Source: Chloroflexota bacterium
GTDB taxonomy: Bacteria; Chloroflexota; Limnocylindria; Limnocylindrales; CSP1-4
Assembly: GCA_003152165.1 (NCBI GenBank)
Contig: PLZO01000034.1
Span: 2,264-66,263, forward strand
DNA length: 64,000 bases
Direction of reading: 5' to 3'
Made by a program: the position numbers and the translations under genes. Shown here piece after piece: positions 29,369-39,976 of this stretch. Under the pieces are notes generated by a model, which was not told the origin of the DNA, made no database searches, and worked only from the letters and a program-made list of their open reading frames with translations. Each line of letters opens with the position of its first letter. Positions within the stretch are counted from its first letter, which is position 1.

Positions 29369-29980
29369 CGGCCCAACCCTGATAAGGCCCTCACCGGGAC
29401 GCTGCCGAATCGGCATCCATCATCTATTCGAATCGTGCATCGCGAAGTGCCCGAATAACGACGAGTGGGAGGATCGCGCCGGCGTCCCGTCGACGCGATC
29501 GACGCGAGGGACCCTCGGTGGTGGGGTCGACAGCGGGGATGGCGAACCGTTTGGATCGCCCGAGGCCGCCCACTCACATCTTGGTCGGCTCTGGCATTGC
29601 TCAGACATTTGTGCCGAGCACGTACCGAATGCTTGCCGAGAGCACCCTTGGGGACGGCGACTACTGGTCGTCCGCCAAGTTGGTGCCGGTGCTCCGACCG
29701 TTTCTCGTCAACGGCTGAGGGAGCAAGTGCCGGCGTAGCGTGCCGTTACGGGCCGAACCGCCGGACGCGCATCCACATCGATCGGAATGCGTCGTCTCAG
29801 GCGGCACGTTAGGGGGTGGTTATCGTGAGTCCCGAGGTCCGCTACGGGCGGAGGTGCCTCCGAGGTTCGCCTCAATTGGGATGTTGGCCTGACCGATCTA
29901 GGCAGGGGCGTCAGGTAGCGTGACCGGAGAGTGGCGGCACCGCTACGCTTGCAGAGGTCTCGACAAGCATGTGCACTTAG

Positions 29981-32260
29981 GTGGGGGCCCTCGTGTCAGG
30001 AGACGACCAGCGGCGCCGCCAACTCTGGCAGCTGGCGGATGAGCTCCGCGGTTCCACCGAGGGCCGAAGCCGACTAAGCCTGCTCCGCGAAGCCGCTCTC
30101 CGTGGTTTGATGCCGACCTGGCGTGACCAGGCAGAGCTGGCGGCAGCCGCGGGGGTCGAGGATTCCGTAGATCCGTCGATCGTCGCCGACTTCCTGCTCG
30201 CCCTGACGGACCGCGAGGCGCCGAAACGCGTCCTTGACCCCTGGGCCGGACTCGGCGTGACGCTCGCGGCGCTCGAGTCGGAAGGCCGCGTTCGATCGGG
30301 CGTCGCGATAGAGATCAACCAGGACATCTACGAGCTCGTCATGGCGCTCCGTGGAGGATCGCGGATCCAGTGGCTGCTCGGCGACGCGTCGGAAATTCTG
30401 GCCGATGGACTCGATCCCTTCGATCTGATCGTTGGCTTCCCGCCGATCAACCTTCGGCCTGCGGTGCTCGAGACGCAGAGGCCCCACATCAGACTGAGGT
30501 CGAGCAAGACGTACACGATGCTCGTCCAGGCGGCGCTCGTCCTTGGGCCTGCGGGGGTTCTCGTGGCAGTCCTGCCAGAGAGCTTCTTCGGGAGCCCCAA
30601 CCTGGCGGTGCGCGAGGCGCTCAAGGCCGCGTCCGTCTTCCCAGTCGCCTCTTTTGCGTTGCCGCGCAGGGTCTTCTCGACCTCGATCGCGATGAGCCTG
30701 GTCGTCTTTGGCCGCGAGGCCGACAAATCTCTGTTTGTCGCTGAGCTCGATCCATCAACAGACATGGTGGCGGTCGTCTCTAACTTCCGTGCGCGGAACG
30801 AGGGTGTCCTCCCTCAGCTCGGCCGGCTCGTCACGAGGGCGTCGTTCATATCCTGGCGAGGCGTCATTGGGGACTCGGAGATTCGCGACGCGGCACGGGC
30901 CGCAGGTCTTGAAGCGGTCCCGTTCTCAACGCTCTGCTCTGAGTTCCATGCTCCGCGAAGAGCAGGCGATCCCTTTGCTCCCAAGCCGAACAGCGTCTAT
31001 CTCCCCAAGCTCGGGACGTCGCCAGCCGTCACTACTATCGATCAGCTCGAGATCAAACCGCAGAACTACCTCCAGCTCGTCGTTCGACCCGACCTAGCCG
31101 ATCCCGCATACGTGGCAGGGTTCCTCAACTCGCAACTGGGCCGCAAGATCCGCGACAGATACGCAACTGGAACCTACATCCCGCAGATCTCGCTTATGAG
31201 TCTTCGGGACGGCTTCGCATATCTCCCTCCATCTCTCCATCAGCAACGAGCCACGGTCGTTATCGCGCGAACCTTGACCGAGCTTCGCCACTCGATGCAA
31301 AGCCTCGATCGTGAGCTTTGGGAGCGACCACTCGCGGCCCGCCGAGTCGAGATGGAGCTCCACGAGCTCTTGGAGGGTGACGGGTCGGAGCGGTGGATGG
31401 AGTCGCTTCCGTTTCCTCTGGCGTCGCTCCTCTGGCTCTATCAGGCGACCGACGATCCCGAGCGCCGATGCAGGAATCTGGTTCGTTTCTTCGAGGGTGC
31501 AACCCTATTCCTCGTCGACCTCCACCTTAGTGCGTTGCGGGGCGATCCCGGCTTGCTTGGCAGCGCAATCGGGCACGGGAGACGGGATGCGGAGATCTAC
31601 TCCAGAGGATCGATCGGAATCTGGGCAGACCTACTCGCGCGGCTAGCCAAGCGCACACGCGAGCTTCTGGCCACCGACTCCTCACGCATCCTCGAGCTCT
31701 TCCGGGTCAGTGATCCTTTGCGGCTTGCTTCTGTTGCGAGCAGGCCCGTCGTCACCGCCCTCTTGCAGGATGGCGCCGGGTATCGTCGGGACTGGATAGG
31801 GCATGCTGCGGTGGCAGGCGTGCCAGAGTGGGAGCGCCGACTCTCACAAGCTGAGGCGACCCTTGCTCGATTTCGTGACGGTCTGGGCGAAGCCTTCGTG
31901 GGATGGGACCTCATTCGACCCGGTCAAGGCCGTAACCATGGAGGCGTCATCACAACCGCAATCGAACAGCTTGTCGGGTCGCGGAGCCACTTTCGGGAAG
32001 GCACCGTTGAGCTCCGTCAGCTTCCCGAAGATGGCGGCCTCTATATGCGCGAGGCGGGGGCCAGTCTGCTACTGCAGCTTGGTCCGCTGTTCCGAATGCG
32101 TCGGAGCCCGGAAACCGCGCAAGATGCGTGCTACTTCTACGATCGGCTTCAGCCGGAAGGCGTCCGCTGGGTGTCCCATCACTACGAGCCCCAACCCGAA
32201 GAGGTTCGCCCCGATAGCGAGGTGGTCCAGCTCATCGCGGAGCTCAACGCATTTGGTTGA
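29981..32260 (+). CDS. methyltransferase-like (gamma-class fold, catalytic tetrad FPPI) - HsdS-like TRD - unknown 400-aa C-terminal domain fusion protein
   Basis: Motif I VLDPWAGLGVTLAAL, acidic loop GVAIEINQD, motif IV position DLIVGFPPI (F and I replace the conserved N/D and aromatic residue). TRD-like segment ...IPQISLMSLRDGFAYLPPSLHQQRATVVIARTLTEL (HsdS consensus LPP..EQ..I). Lies immediately upstream of hsdM. Confidence 0.7.
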   Translation: MGALVSGDDQRRRQLWQLADELRGSTEGRSRLSLLREAALRGLMPTWRDQAELAAAAGVEDSVDPSIVADFLLALTDREAPKRVLDPWAGLGVTLAALESEGRVRSGVAIEINQDIYELVMALRGGSRIQWLLGDASEILADGLDPFDLIVGFPPINLRPAVLETQRPHIRLRSSKTYTMLVQAALVLGPAGVLVAVLPESFFGSPNLAVREALKAASVFPVASFALPRRVFSTSIAMSLVVFGREADKSLFVAELDPSTDMVAVVSNFRARNEGVLPQLGRLVTRASFISWRGVIGDSEIRDAARAAGLEAVPFSTLCSEFHAPRRAGDPFAPKPNSVYLPKLGTSPAVTTIDQLEIKPQNYLQLVVRPDLADPAYVAGFLNSQLGRKIRDRYATGTYIPQISLMSLRDGFAYLPPSLHQQRATVVIARTLTELRHSMQSLDRELWERPLAARRVEMELHELLEGDGSERWMESLPFPLASLLWLYQATDDPERRCRNLVRFFEGATLFLVDLHLSALRGDPGLLGSAIGHGRRDAEIYSRGSIGIWADLLARLAKRTRELLATDSSRILELFRVSDPLRLASVASRPVVTALLQDGAGYRRDWIGHAAVAGVPEWERRLSQAEATLARFRDGLGEAFVGWDLIRPGQGRNHGGVITTAIEQLVGSRSHFREGTVELRQLPEDGGLYMREAGASLLLQLGPLFRMRRSPETAQDACYFYDRLQPEGVRWVSHHYEPQPEEVRPDSEVVQLIAELNAFG

Positions 32261-32302
32261 CGTGGCGCTGAAGCGACAAGAGACCGCCGGAGGTTCGATG
32301 CT

Positions 32303-33844
32303 GTGGATGTAGGTCAACTCGAGGGCTGGCTATGGGACGCCGCCTGCGAGATCCGAGGCCCCCTCGACGCCCCCAAGTACAAGGACTACATCCTCCCGCT
32401 CGTCTTCCTCAAGCGTCTCTCCGACGTGTTCGACGACGAGGTGGAAGGGTTGGGAGCGGAGTTCGGCGACCCGAAGGCGGCGGCCAGCCTCGTCGATGGG
32501 GACCATGCCTTGGTCCGCTTCTACCTCCCCGAGGCGGCCCGCTGGCCGAGCATCGCGCGCCGGACGACGGGCCTCGGTGAACACCTGACCGACGCGGTGC
32601 GGGCCGTCGCTCGGGAGAACCCTCGGCTCCAGGGCGTCATCGACGTGGTTGACTTCAACGCCACGACCGCCGGCCAGCGGATCGTTGACGATCAGCGGCT
32701 GGCAGCGTTGGTTCAGGTTCTCGGACGCCACCGCCTCGGCCTCCGCGATGTTGAGCCGGACCTCCTGGGCCGTGCCTACGAGTACCTCCTTCGCAAGTTC
32801 GCAGAGGGTCAAGGCCAGTCCGCCGGGGAGTTCTACACGCCCCGCGAGGTTGGCATCCTCATGGCCCGGCTGCTCGATCCCCAGCCGGGGATGGAAGTCT
32901 ACGACCCCTGCTGTGGCTCGAGCGGCCTCCTCATCAAGTGCCACCTCCGCCTGCTCGAGACCCACGGTGTCGAGGCGAACGGGCATCGACGCTTCCCTTC
33001 GGGCGTGGCTCCTCTTCGCCTGTTCGGACAGGAGATCAACCCATCCACGTTCGCGATAAGCCGGATGAACGCCTTTATCCACGATATGGACGCCGACATC
33101 GCCCTCGGAGACACCATGCGGAGTCCCAAGTTCACGGACGACGATGGTCGGCTTCATCGGTTCGACATAGTCACGGCGAACCCGATGTGGAATCAGGACT
33201 TTCCTCAGTCCACCTATGAGACTGACCCGTACCAAAGGTTCGAGTGGGGTGCGCCTCCGTCATCCACGGCCGACTGGGGCTGGGTCCAGCACATGTATCG
33301 GTCGCTGAACGATCAGGGTCGAATGGCGGTCGTTCTCGACACGGGGGCGGCATCAAGGGGGTCTGGCTCGGAGGGATCGAACCGGGAGCGCGATATTCGC
33401 AAGCGGTTCGTAGAACAGGATCTCGTGGAGGCTGTAGTCCTCCTGCCAGAGAACATGTTCTACAACACCCCGGCACCGGCCATCGTGGCGGTTGTCAACC
33501 GGCGGAAACGCCACCCTGGAGAGATCCTCTTCATCAACGCTTCGGCGCAGTTTGAGAAGGGTAGGCCGAAGAACTATATCGCCGAGAAGCACCTCGACCA
33601 GTTGCGCCAGGTGTTCGAGGACTGGGCTTCGCAGCCAGGACTGTCTGCGGTTGTGGCGACATTGGCCGTATCCGACAACGAATACAACCTCGCACCCAGT
33701 CGATACGTAGCTACCGAGGGTGCCGTCGATGAGTTGCCCCTGGCAGACGCAGTCCTACTTCTGGCTGAGGCCGAGGAAGACCGCGCCGACGCCGACCGTA
33801 GGTTGAAGGCCGTCCTCGACCGACTTGGAGGCGGCATTGAGTGA
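32303..33844 (+). CDS. hsdM: type I restriction-modification system methyltransferase subunit
   Basis: HsdM_N (KYKDYILPLVFLKRLSD), AdoMet motif VYDPCCGSSG, motif IV ANPMW (atypical, usually NPPF). Precedes hsdS and hsdR. Confidence 0.9.
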   Translation: MDVGQLEGWLWDAACEIRGPLDAPKYKDYILPLVFLKRLSDVFDDEVEGLGAEFGDPKAAASLVDGDHALVRFYLPEAARWPSIARRTTGLGEHLTDAVRAVARENPRLQGVIDVVDFNATTAGQRIVDDQRLAALVQVLGRHRLGLRDVEPDLLGRAYEYLLRKFAEGQGQSAGEFYTPREVGILMARLLDPQPGMEVYDPCCGSSGLLIKCHLRLLETHGVEANGHRRFPSGVAPLRLFGQEINPSTFAISRMNAFIHDMDADIALGDTMRSPKFTDDDGRLHRFDIVTANPMWNQDFPQSTYETDPYQRFEWGAPPSSTADWGWVQHMYRSLNDQGRMAVVLDTGAASRGSGSEGSNRERDIRKRFVEQDLVEAVVLLPENMFYNTPAPAIVAVVNRRKRHPGEILFINASAQFEKGRPKNYIAEKHLDQLRQVFEDWASQPGLSAVVATLAVSDNEYNLAPSRYVATEGAVDELPLADAVLLLAEAEEDRADADRRLKAVLDRLGGGIE

Positions 33845-34997
33845 GGGCTGGACAACGGTCCCGTTCGACGAGGCCTTTCGGGGGAAACCGCGTGGCCGTG
33901 AGATACCCCAAATCGAGACTCGCAAAGTACGGTCCAAGGGCCAATGGCCAGTCATTGGGCAGGGTGCTGGTCAGATAGAGGGCTATACCGACGATGGGAC
34001 CTTGTTGTTTCCGGACGATCTCCTGCCGGTGATTCTCTATGGGCCGCACACCAGGCGGATCAAGCTCGTGACCCATCCCTTCGTAGCCGGTCCGAACGTC
34101 CGCTTCATGTGGCCGGCCTCGGACTACGACGCAGAGTTCTCCTACTACATGGCCTCCGCTGCAGATGTGCCTTCGAGGGGATACAACGACCATTTCACGC
34201 TGTTCAGGCAGCAGATGTTTGCGAGACCCACGCTCAGGGAGCAGCGTGTGATTGCTACGGCCCTCCGCGAGGCCAGACTCGCTCATCAAGCTACCGAGCG
34301 TGTCCTGTCGGCCGTTCGTCAGCTCAGGGCCAGCATGCTGGAGCGTCTCTTTGCTGGAGGGGTTGGGTCCACGACTTCTGAGACTGTGGTCGGGGCGTGG
34401 CCGATGCGTTCGCTCGGTCAGATGGTCCATCCGGACCGCCCTATCTGCTACGGGATCGTCCAACCCGGTCCCGACGTTCGCGACGGCGTTCCATTCGTCA
34501 ACCTCACGGATTGCCACGACGGCGAGATTGACGTCGGTCGCCTAAAGCGAACCAGTACAGACATCGCCGCGAGAAACTCGCGATCCCGACTCCAGGCGGG
34601 CGACGTGTTGGTCTCAATTCGGGCCACGGCCGGCAGGATCGCGGTTGTTCCGCCGGAGCTGGACGGTGCCTTCACAACACGCGGGATGGCCCGAGTTAGC
34701 CCGGCCCCATGGGCGGACTCCCATTTCATCTCGTACTACCTGCAGACCTCGGCGGCCCAAGCGTTCCTAAGGTCGTCCATGCGGGGCGTCGCCCTTCGGC
34801 AAGTGAACATCAGAGACCTCAGGCAGATGCCCGCGCCAGCACCCCCGCTTGAGATCCAGACCCAGATCGCAGGTGCCCTCCAGGACGTAGATGCGAAGCT
34901 TCTCGCCGAGAAATCTCGGAGTGCAGCTCTGGAAACCCTGTTCTCCGTCCTTCTGCGTGGCCTGACAAGTGGGCGGATCCAGGTTTCGGATTCGTGA
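33825..34997 (+). CDS. hsdS: type I restriction-modification system specificity subunit
   Basis: Two TRDs separated by conserved helical spacers (...LREQRVIATALREA... and ...PLEIQTQIAGAL...). TTG start overlapping hsdM by 20 nt. Confidence 0.85.
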   Translation: MEAALSEGWTTVPFDEAFRGKPRGREIPQIETRKVRSKGQWPVIGQGAGQIEGYTDDGTLLFPDDLLPVILYGPHTRRIKLVTHPFVAGPNVRFMWPASDYDAEFSYYMASAADVPSRGYNDHFTLFRQQMFARPTLREQRVIATALREARLAHQATERVLSAVRQLRASMLERLFAGGVGSTTSETVVGAWPMRSLGQMVHPDRPICYGIVQPGPDVRDGVPFVNLTDCHDGEIDVGRLKRTSTDIAARNSRSRLQAGDVLVSIRATAGRIAVVPPELDGAFTTRGMARVSPAPWADSHFISYYLQTSAAQAFLRSSMRGVALRQVNIRDLRQMPAPAPPLEIQTQIAGALQDVDAKLLAEKSRSAALETLFSVLLRGLTSGRIQVSDS

Positions 34998-37879
34998 AGT
35001 CGCTCGCCTCGGAACGAGATGTTGTGCAGGCGTCCTTGGTTCGCTATGCGATCAGCGTCGGATGGGAGTACAAGAGCCGTGACGACTCAGTCACCCTCCG
35101 ACGCGGCGAGACAGGGGTCGTATTCCACGACATTCTCGTCGAGCAGCTCCAACGCCTGAACCCCGGTGTGGTGGATCGCGCCCGAGCGGAGGACCTTGTG
35201 GGCCGCCTGGTGCGCGTTCGCCCGACCATCGAGGGGAACCTCGACGCGTGGGAATACCTCCGCGGCCTCAAGACGGTCTTCGTCCCCAATGAGAATCGCG
35301 AACGGAATGTCCGTGTCGCTGACCTGGAGGACATCGGGCGCAACGTATTCCATGTGACAGACGAGTTCTCGTTTACGAACGGGACGAAGACCATCCGCCC
35401 GGACGTAGTTCTCCTTGTCAATGGCATTCCGGTCGTCGTGGTCGAAGCGAAGGCGGTCACGAAGCAGGGTGGAATTGCTGCGGCCCTCGACCAACTGGTC
35501 CGATATCACCGTGAAGGTCCCGAGCTGCTGGCACTCGTCCAGCTTCAGACGCTTACCCAGCTCGTTCGCTTCTACTACGGCGCGACTTGGTCTTTCTCAT
35601 CGAAGTACCTATTCGACTGGCGCGACGAGGCAACGGGGAACTACGAGATGCTCGTTGAGTCGTTCCTTGACCCACGTCGAGTTCTCCGAGTCATCTCGGA
35701 TTTCATCCTCTTCACTCGCACCGACGAGGAGCTGTCCAAGGTCGTCCTGCGTCCCCACCAGATCAGAGCGGTCGAGCATGTCGTTGAGCGGATTGCCGAT
35801 AAGGACCAATCCCGCGGCCTTGTCTGGCACACCCAGGGGAGTGGAAAGACCTACTCGATGCTCGTAGCGGCGAAGAAGGTCATCGAGTCGCCTATCTTCG
35901 AGAACCCGACCGTCCTTATCCTCGTGGACCGCAACGAGCTGGAGGCGCAGCTCTTCGGGAACCTCGAAGCGGTCGGCTTCGGACACGTCGAGCTCGCCGA
36001 GTCGAAGCGCCACCTCCGGGATCTCCTGACCCACGACCACCGAGGGCTGATCGTCTCGACGATCCACAAGTTCGACGGGATGCCACCTCGCGTCACCGAG
36101 CGCGAGAACGTCGTGGTGCTGGTCGATGAAGCCCATCGGACGACCGGGGGCGACCTTGGCAACTACCTAATGGGCGCGCTGCCAAATGCCACCTACATCG
36201 GGTTTACGGGAACGCCTATAGACAGGTCCGCACAGGGCAAAGGCACATTCAAGACCTTTGGGGGAGGCGATCCGAGGGGTTACCTCGACAGGTACTCGAT
36301 CCGCGAGTCGATCACCGATGGCACTACGGTGCCCCTCCACTATGCCCTGGCTCCGAACGAGCTCCAGGTGGACCGTGAGGTACTCGAGCGGGAGTTCCTC
36401 TCGCTGGCTGAGCTCGAGGGTGTCAGCGATATCGACGAGCTGGACCGGGTCCTCCAGCGGGCGGTGACGCTTAGGAACATGCTCAAGAACCCGGATCGGG
36501 TCGAGAAGGTCGCGACCTACGTCGCCGAGCATTTCCGCTCCAACGTGGAGCCGATGGGCTTCAAGGCGTTCCTCGTCGGCGTAGATCGAGACGCCTGTTG
36601 CCGCCTGAAAGTCGCCCTCGATCGGCATTTGCCGCCTGGCTACTCGAAGGTCGTCATCTCCGCAGCTCAGAACGACCCTGCTGAGATTGCCGCCTTCCAC
36701 ATTTCCCACGAGGAAGAGCGACAGGTTCGCCGCTTGTTCCGCAAGGCCGATGAGCTACCCAAGATCCTGATCGTGACGGAGAAGCTCCTTACCGGTTTCG
36801 ACGCCCCGATCCTCTACGCGATGTACCTCGACAAGCCGATGCGTGACCACGTGCTGCTCCAGGCGATTGCACGGGTGAACCGACCCTACGAAGACGGCGA
36901 CGGGCGGCGGAAGACTTCTGGGTTGGTCCTCGACTTCGTCGGCATTTTCGAGAAGCTCGAGCGGGCGCTGGCATTCGACTCCGAGGATGTCGCCGGACTT
37001 GTCGAGGACCTCGACGTTCTCCGCCGGCAGTTCGAGCGGCTGCTCGCAAGCGGTCGGACGAAGTACCTGGCGCTCGGAGAAGGGCTGATGGCTGACAAGA
37101 TCGTCGAGGCTGTCCTCCTCGCCTTCCGGGATGCCGAGGCCCGCGACGCCTTCTACGCCTTCTACCGCGAGCTCGAGGAGCTATACGAGATCCTCTCTCC
37201 CGACCAATTCCTCAGGCCCTTCATCGACGACTTCGGGCGCCTTTCGGAGATCTACCGCCTGCTTCGCGCCTCCTACGAGCCCAGCTTGGACGTGACCCAC
37301 AGCTTCCTCCGCAAGACGGCCGCCCTCGTCCAGGAGCAGACCCACACAGGCACGATCCGTGAGGTCGAGGAGGTCTACGTCCTCAATGAGGGCGTGATTG
37401 ACGTCCTCGCGGACCCAGACAAGCCCGAGGTGATCAAGGTCTTCAACCTTCTGAAGGTGCTGGATCAGCAGGCTCGCGATCGTTCTAAGGAGGCTCCGTA
37501 CCTCATCCCGATCGGGGAACGGGCGGAAGAGGTGGCTCGAGCGTTCGAGGATCGGCAACTTACGACGCAGCAGGCTCTCGATGAGCTGACCGGGCTGCTC
37601 AACGAAGCACGCGAAGCCGACTCCTCTCGGGAGGCATCCGACTTTTCCGTGGAAGGGTTTTCGGTCTTCTGGCTCCTAAAGCGCATTGGAGTGGTCGACG
37701 CTGAACCCATCGCCAGATCTGTCGAGGCGGTCTTCGTCGAGCATCCGTACTGGCGGCAGAGCGCGACGCAAGAACGCGACGTGCGTCGCGACCTCTATAA
37801 GTCGCTCATCGAAGCCAAGGTGACGGAGGTCGGGGACGTTGTTGGATATCTCCTGAGCGTCCTTCGCAGGTCAGCGTGA
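34994..37879 (+). CDS. hsdR: type I restriction enzyme endonuclease/helicase subunit
   Basis: 961 aa. N-terminal PD-(D/E)xK region, Walker A HTQGSGKTYSM, DEAH (LVDEAHRT), helicase C motifs. Overlaps hsdS stop. Confidence 0.9.
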   Translation: MKSLASERDVVQASLVRYAISVGWEYKSRDDSVTLRRGETGVVFHDILVEQLQRLNPGVVDRARAEDLVGRLVRVRPTIEGNLDAWEYLRGLKTVFVPNENRERNVRVADLEDIGRNVFHVTDEFSFTNGTKTIRPDVVLLVNGIPVVVVEAKAVTKQGGIAAALDQLVRYHREGPELLALVQLQTLTQLVRFYYGATWSFSSKYLFDWRDEATGNYEMLVESFLDPRRVLRVISDFILFTRTDEELSKVVLRPHQIRAVEHVVERIADKDQSRGLVWHTQGSGKTYSMLVAAKKVIESPIFENPTVLILVDRNELEAQLFGNLEAVGFGHVELAESKRHLRDLLTHDHRGLIVSTIHKFDGMPPRVTERENVVVLVDEAHRTTGGDLGNYLMGALPNATYIGFTGTPIDRSAQGKGTFKTFGGGDPRGYLDRYSIRESITDGTTVPLHYALAPNELQVDREVLEREFLSLAELEGVSDIDELDRVLQRAVTLRNMLKNPDRVEKVATYVAEHFRSNVEPMGFKAFLVGVDRDACCRLKVALDRHLPPGYSKVVISAAQNDPAEIAAFHISHEEERQVRRLFRKADELPKILIVTEKLLTGFDAPILYAMYLDKPMRDHVLLQAIARVNRPYEDGDGRRKTSGLVLDFVGIFEKLERALAFDSEDVAGLVEDLDVLRRQFERLLASGRTKYLALGEGLMADKIVEAVLLAFRDAEARDAFYAFYRELEELYEILSPDQFLRPFIDDFGRLSEIYRLLRASYEPSLDVTHSFLRKTAALVQEQTHTGTIREVEEVYVLNEGVIDVLADPDKPEVIKVFNLLKVLDQQARDRSKEAPYLIPIGERAEEVARAFEDRQLTTQQALDELTGLLNEAREADSSREASDFSVEGFSVFWLLKRIGVVDAEPIARSVEAVFVEHPYWRQSATQERDVRRDLYKSLIEAKVTEVGDVVGYLLSVLRRSA

Positions 37880-38340
37880 CACCCGAACTTCAGCAGGTCG
37901 AAGCCGTCTCCGCCGCCAGCTTTAGGCGGGACGTTAGGGTCTGGTCAAAGCGGGTCGGCGTCGAGATCCGCGAGATTCGGCTTCGGCCCATGAAGCGAAA
38001 GGTCGCGTCGGCATCGTCAAGTGGCCGGCTCACGTTCGATGTCGGGCTTCTTACCGAGCCTGCCGATCGTCGAGCCGAGGTCGTCGTTCATGAACTCGTC
38101 CATCTGCGGGTCGGCAACCACGGCGTGCTATTCCGGAGCCTCGTCCGTGCTCACCTCGCTGAGCAACAGCTGGGTCACCGTCGACGCGACAGAACCCATG
38201 TGCCGCCTCGAAACGAGGTTCGAGCGCCTTCGCAGACGAGGGGCCGAGCTGGCGCAACGGGATTTGCAAAACCCGAGCAGGTACGTCTCGATTCGTGTCG
38301 TCATCGTTTGGGAACGTCAGAGAACAGGCCGACTCGGTAG
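37876..38340 (+). CDS. YgjP/DUF45-like metal-dependent hydrolase, C-terminal half only
   Basis: ...WSKRVGVEIREIRLRPMKRKVASASSSGRLTFDVGLLTEP...VVVHELVHLRVGNHG (HExxH). Family often accompanies type I R-M operons. N-terminal half absent and C-terminal tail looks degenerate. Confidence 0.55.
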   Translation: MTPELQQVEAVSAASFRRDVRVWSKRVGVEIREIRLRPMKRKVASASSSGRLTFDVGLLTEPADRRAEVVVHELVHLRVGNHGVLFRSLVRAHLAEQQLGHRRRDRTHVPPRNEVRAPSQTRGRAGATGFAKPEQVRLDSCRHRLGTSENRPTR

Positions 38341-38634
38341 AGTCCGACCATCGGCTGGCTCCGGCCAGAATGGGCCCAACTAGGGCCACCCCGGGGCCGC
38401 CCTGCCGGAGTTTGCAACGGCGAGCGGACGTTCGGCGCGTCGCTGGCGGCGACTTCGACGGCCTTGGCGACGTCGCGCCCGTCGACAGGGCACCCGCGCT
38501 GACCACGAAGGCCGCCTCGGTCTACTTTCCGGACGCGCTCATGCCCATTGCTTCCCACGCCCACCTCGAGCACTTCTGGGTCCTCCTGGGAGGTGCGAAT
38601 GTCAAGCGAAAACAGGACCACTCGTGATGGCGAA

Positions 38635-39976
38635 AAGCAGGACCACCTTGACGTTGCGTGGACCTGGGTTAGCTGAGCGTTGGCGACCTCCTTCGATCAG
38701 TCGGGGTTGGGCGTGACGGGGACCTCGTCGAACCGGCCCTCGCGGGCCGCGAGGCTCTCGCGGAAGCGGTAGGACGAGCCCCGGAACTCGAGCACGTGGC
38801 AGCGGTGGGTGAGCCGGTCGAGGAGCACCGCGGTCAGCCGCTCATCGCCGGCGAAGACGCTCGTCCAGTCGGCGAACTCGAGGTTGCTCGTGATGATCAG
38901 GGCACCCCGGGTATAGCGGTGGGCAAGCAGGGTGAAGAGCAGCTGACTTTGGGCGTGCTCAAGGAGCTCGGGCACCAGGGCGCTCATGGGCGAGACCCGA
39001 GCAGACGGCTGTACAGACCGACATCGCCGGCCGGGACGCCACGTTGACCAATGCCGCTGGGAACGGGATGCGTGGGCTGCTCGTGGCCAGCGTCCCGGTG
39101 AGCGCCGCGCGGACGCCCGCGGCCGTCACGTCGCCCCGGGCCAGGGCGGTGGCGCAGGCCGCCCGCGAGCGGACCGGCTCGACGTCGGCGCCCAGAGCGC
39201 AGATCGCGAGGAACGCGCGATGGGCCTGTCGCCGGTCATCGGGGTGGGCCGCCTCGAGGGCGTCGAGGATGGCCTACGCTTCGGCCGGGAAGGCCGCCTG
39301 GCGGACCGGGATCGCGTTGGCGAAGGCACCGGGCTTGCCCACGAGTGCCGGCAGGTAATGCCAGAAGTCGGTGGTGAGCGTCCCCTTGGCCGTCGCCCGC
39401 GGGTGACTCGCGACCTGGCCCGTCCCCGTCCACAGCTCGACCGATCTGGCGTACGCCCGCAGCCACAGGGCGGCGCCGGCATGGCGGACCGGGACCGAGT
39501 AGCGGCTGCCGTCGACGGCGACGAGGGCCTGGGCCGATGCCCGGACCGGATGACGGGTGCACGGCAGGAACGGTCGGACCGGGAGCGGGGCGAGCAGGGG
39601 CCGCTCGGCGGCGAAGCGCTGGCCGACGGTGTCGGTCTGGCGCGCCCGGTGCTTCCGTTCGTCGGCCGCGGTCTCGCGGGCCAGACGCGCGTTGAGCTCG
39701 TCGAACGAGTCAACCTCGGGGACCGGCACGAGGTACATCCGCCGGGCATAGCCGACGAGCCCCTCGACGAGGCCCTTCTCATGACCCTCGCCCGTCGTGC
39801 AGTCCGGCTGTGGTGGAAGGCTCGGGCGAGCTCGCGGATGCTCGACCCTTCACGGAAATGGGCGTACCGGATCCGCTCGATATCGACCATCTTGATCAAC
39901 CTTTCCTCCAGGACGGCTGCGGCGTTGAACACCGGCACCGTACTGGTTGACTGGGGGGTCAAGGTGGTCCTGCTTT
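38635..39976 (-). mobile_element. IS21-family insertion sequence, internally deleted (defective istA + istB fragment) with intact terminal inverted repeats
   Basis: 18/18-bp terminal inverted repeats: aaagcaggaccaccttga (38635-38652) and tcaaggtggtcctgcttt (39959-39976). IstA N-terminal HTH (MVDIERIRYAHFREGSSIRELARAF) and C-terminal region (...YSVPVRHAGAALWLRAY...) in different frames. IstB only as C-terminal 96 aa (QLLFTLLAHRYTRGALIITSNLEFADWTSVFAGDERLTAVLLDRLTHRCHVLEF). Element is about 1.3 kb versus more than 2 kb expected. Confidence 0.75.
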
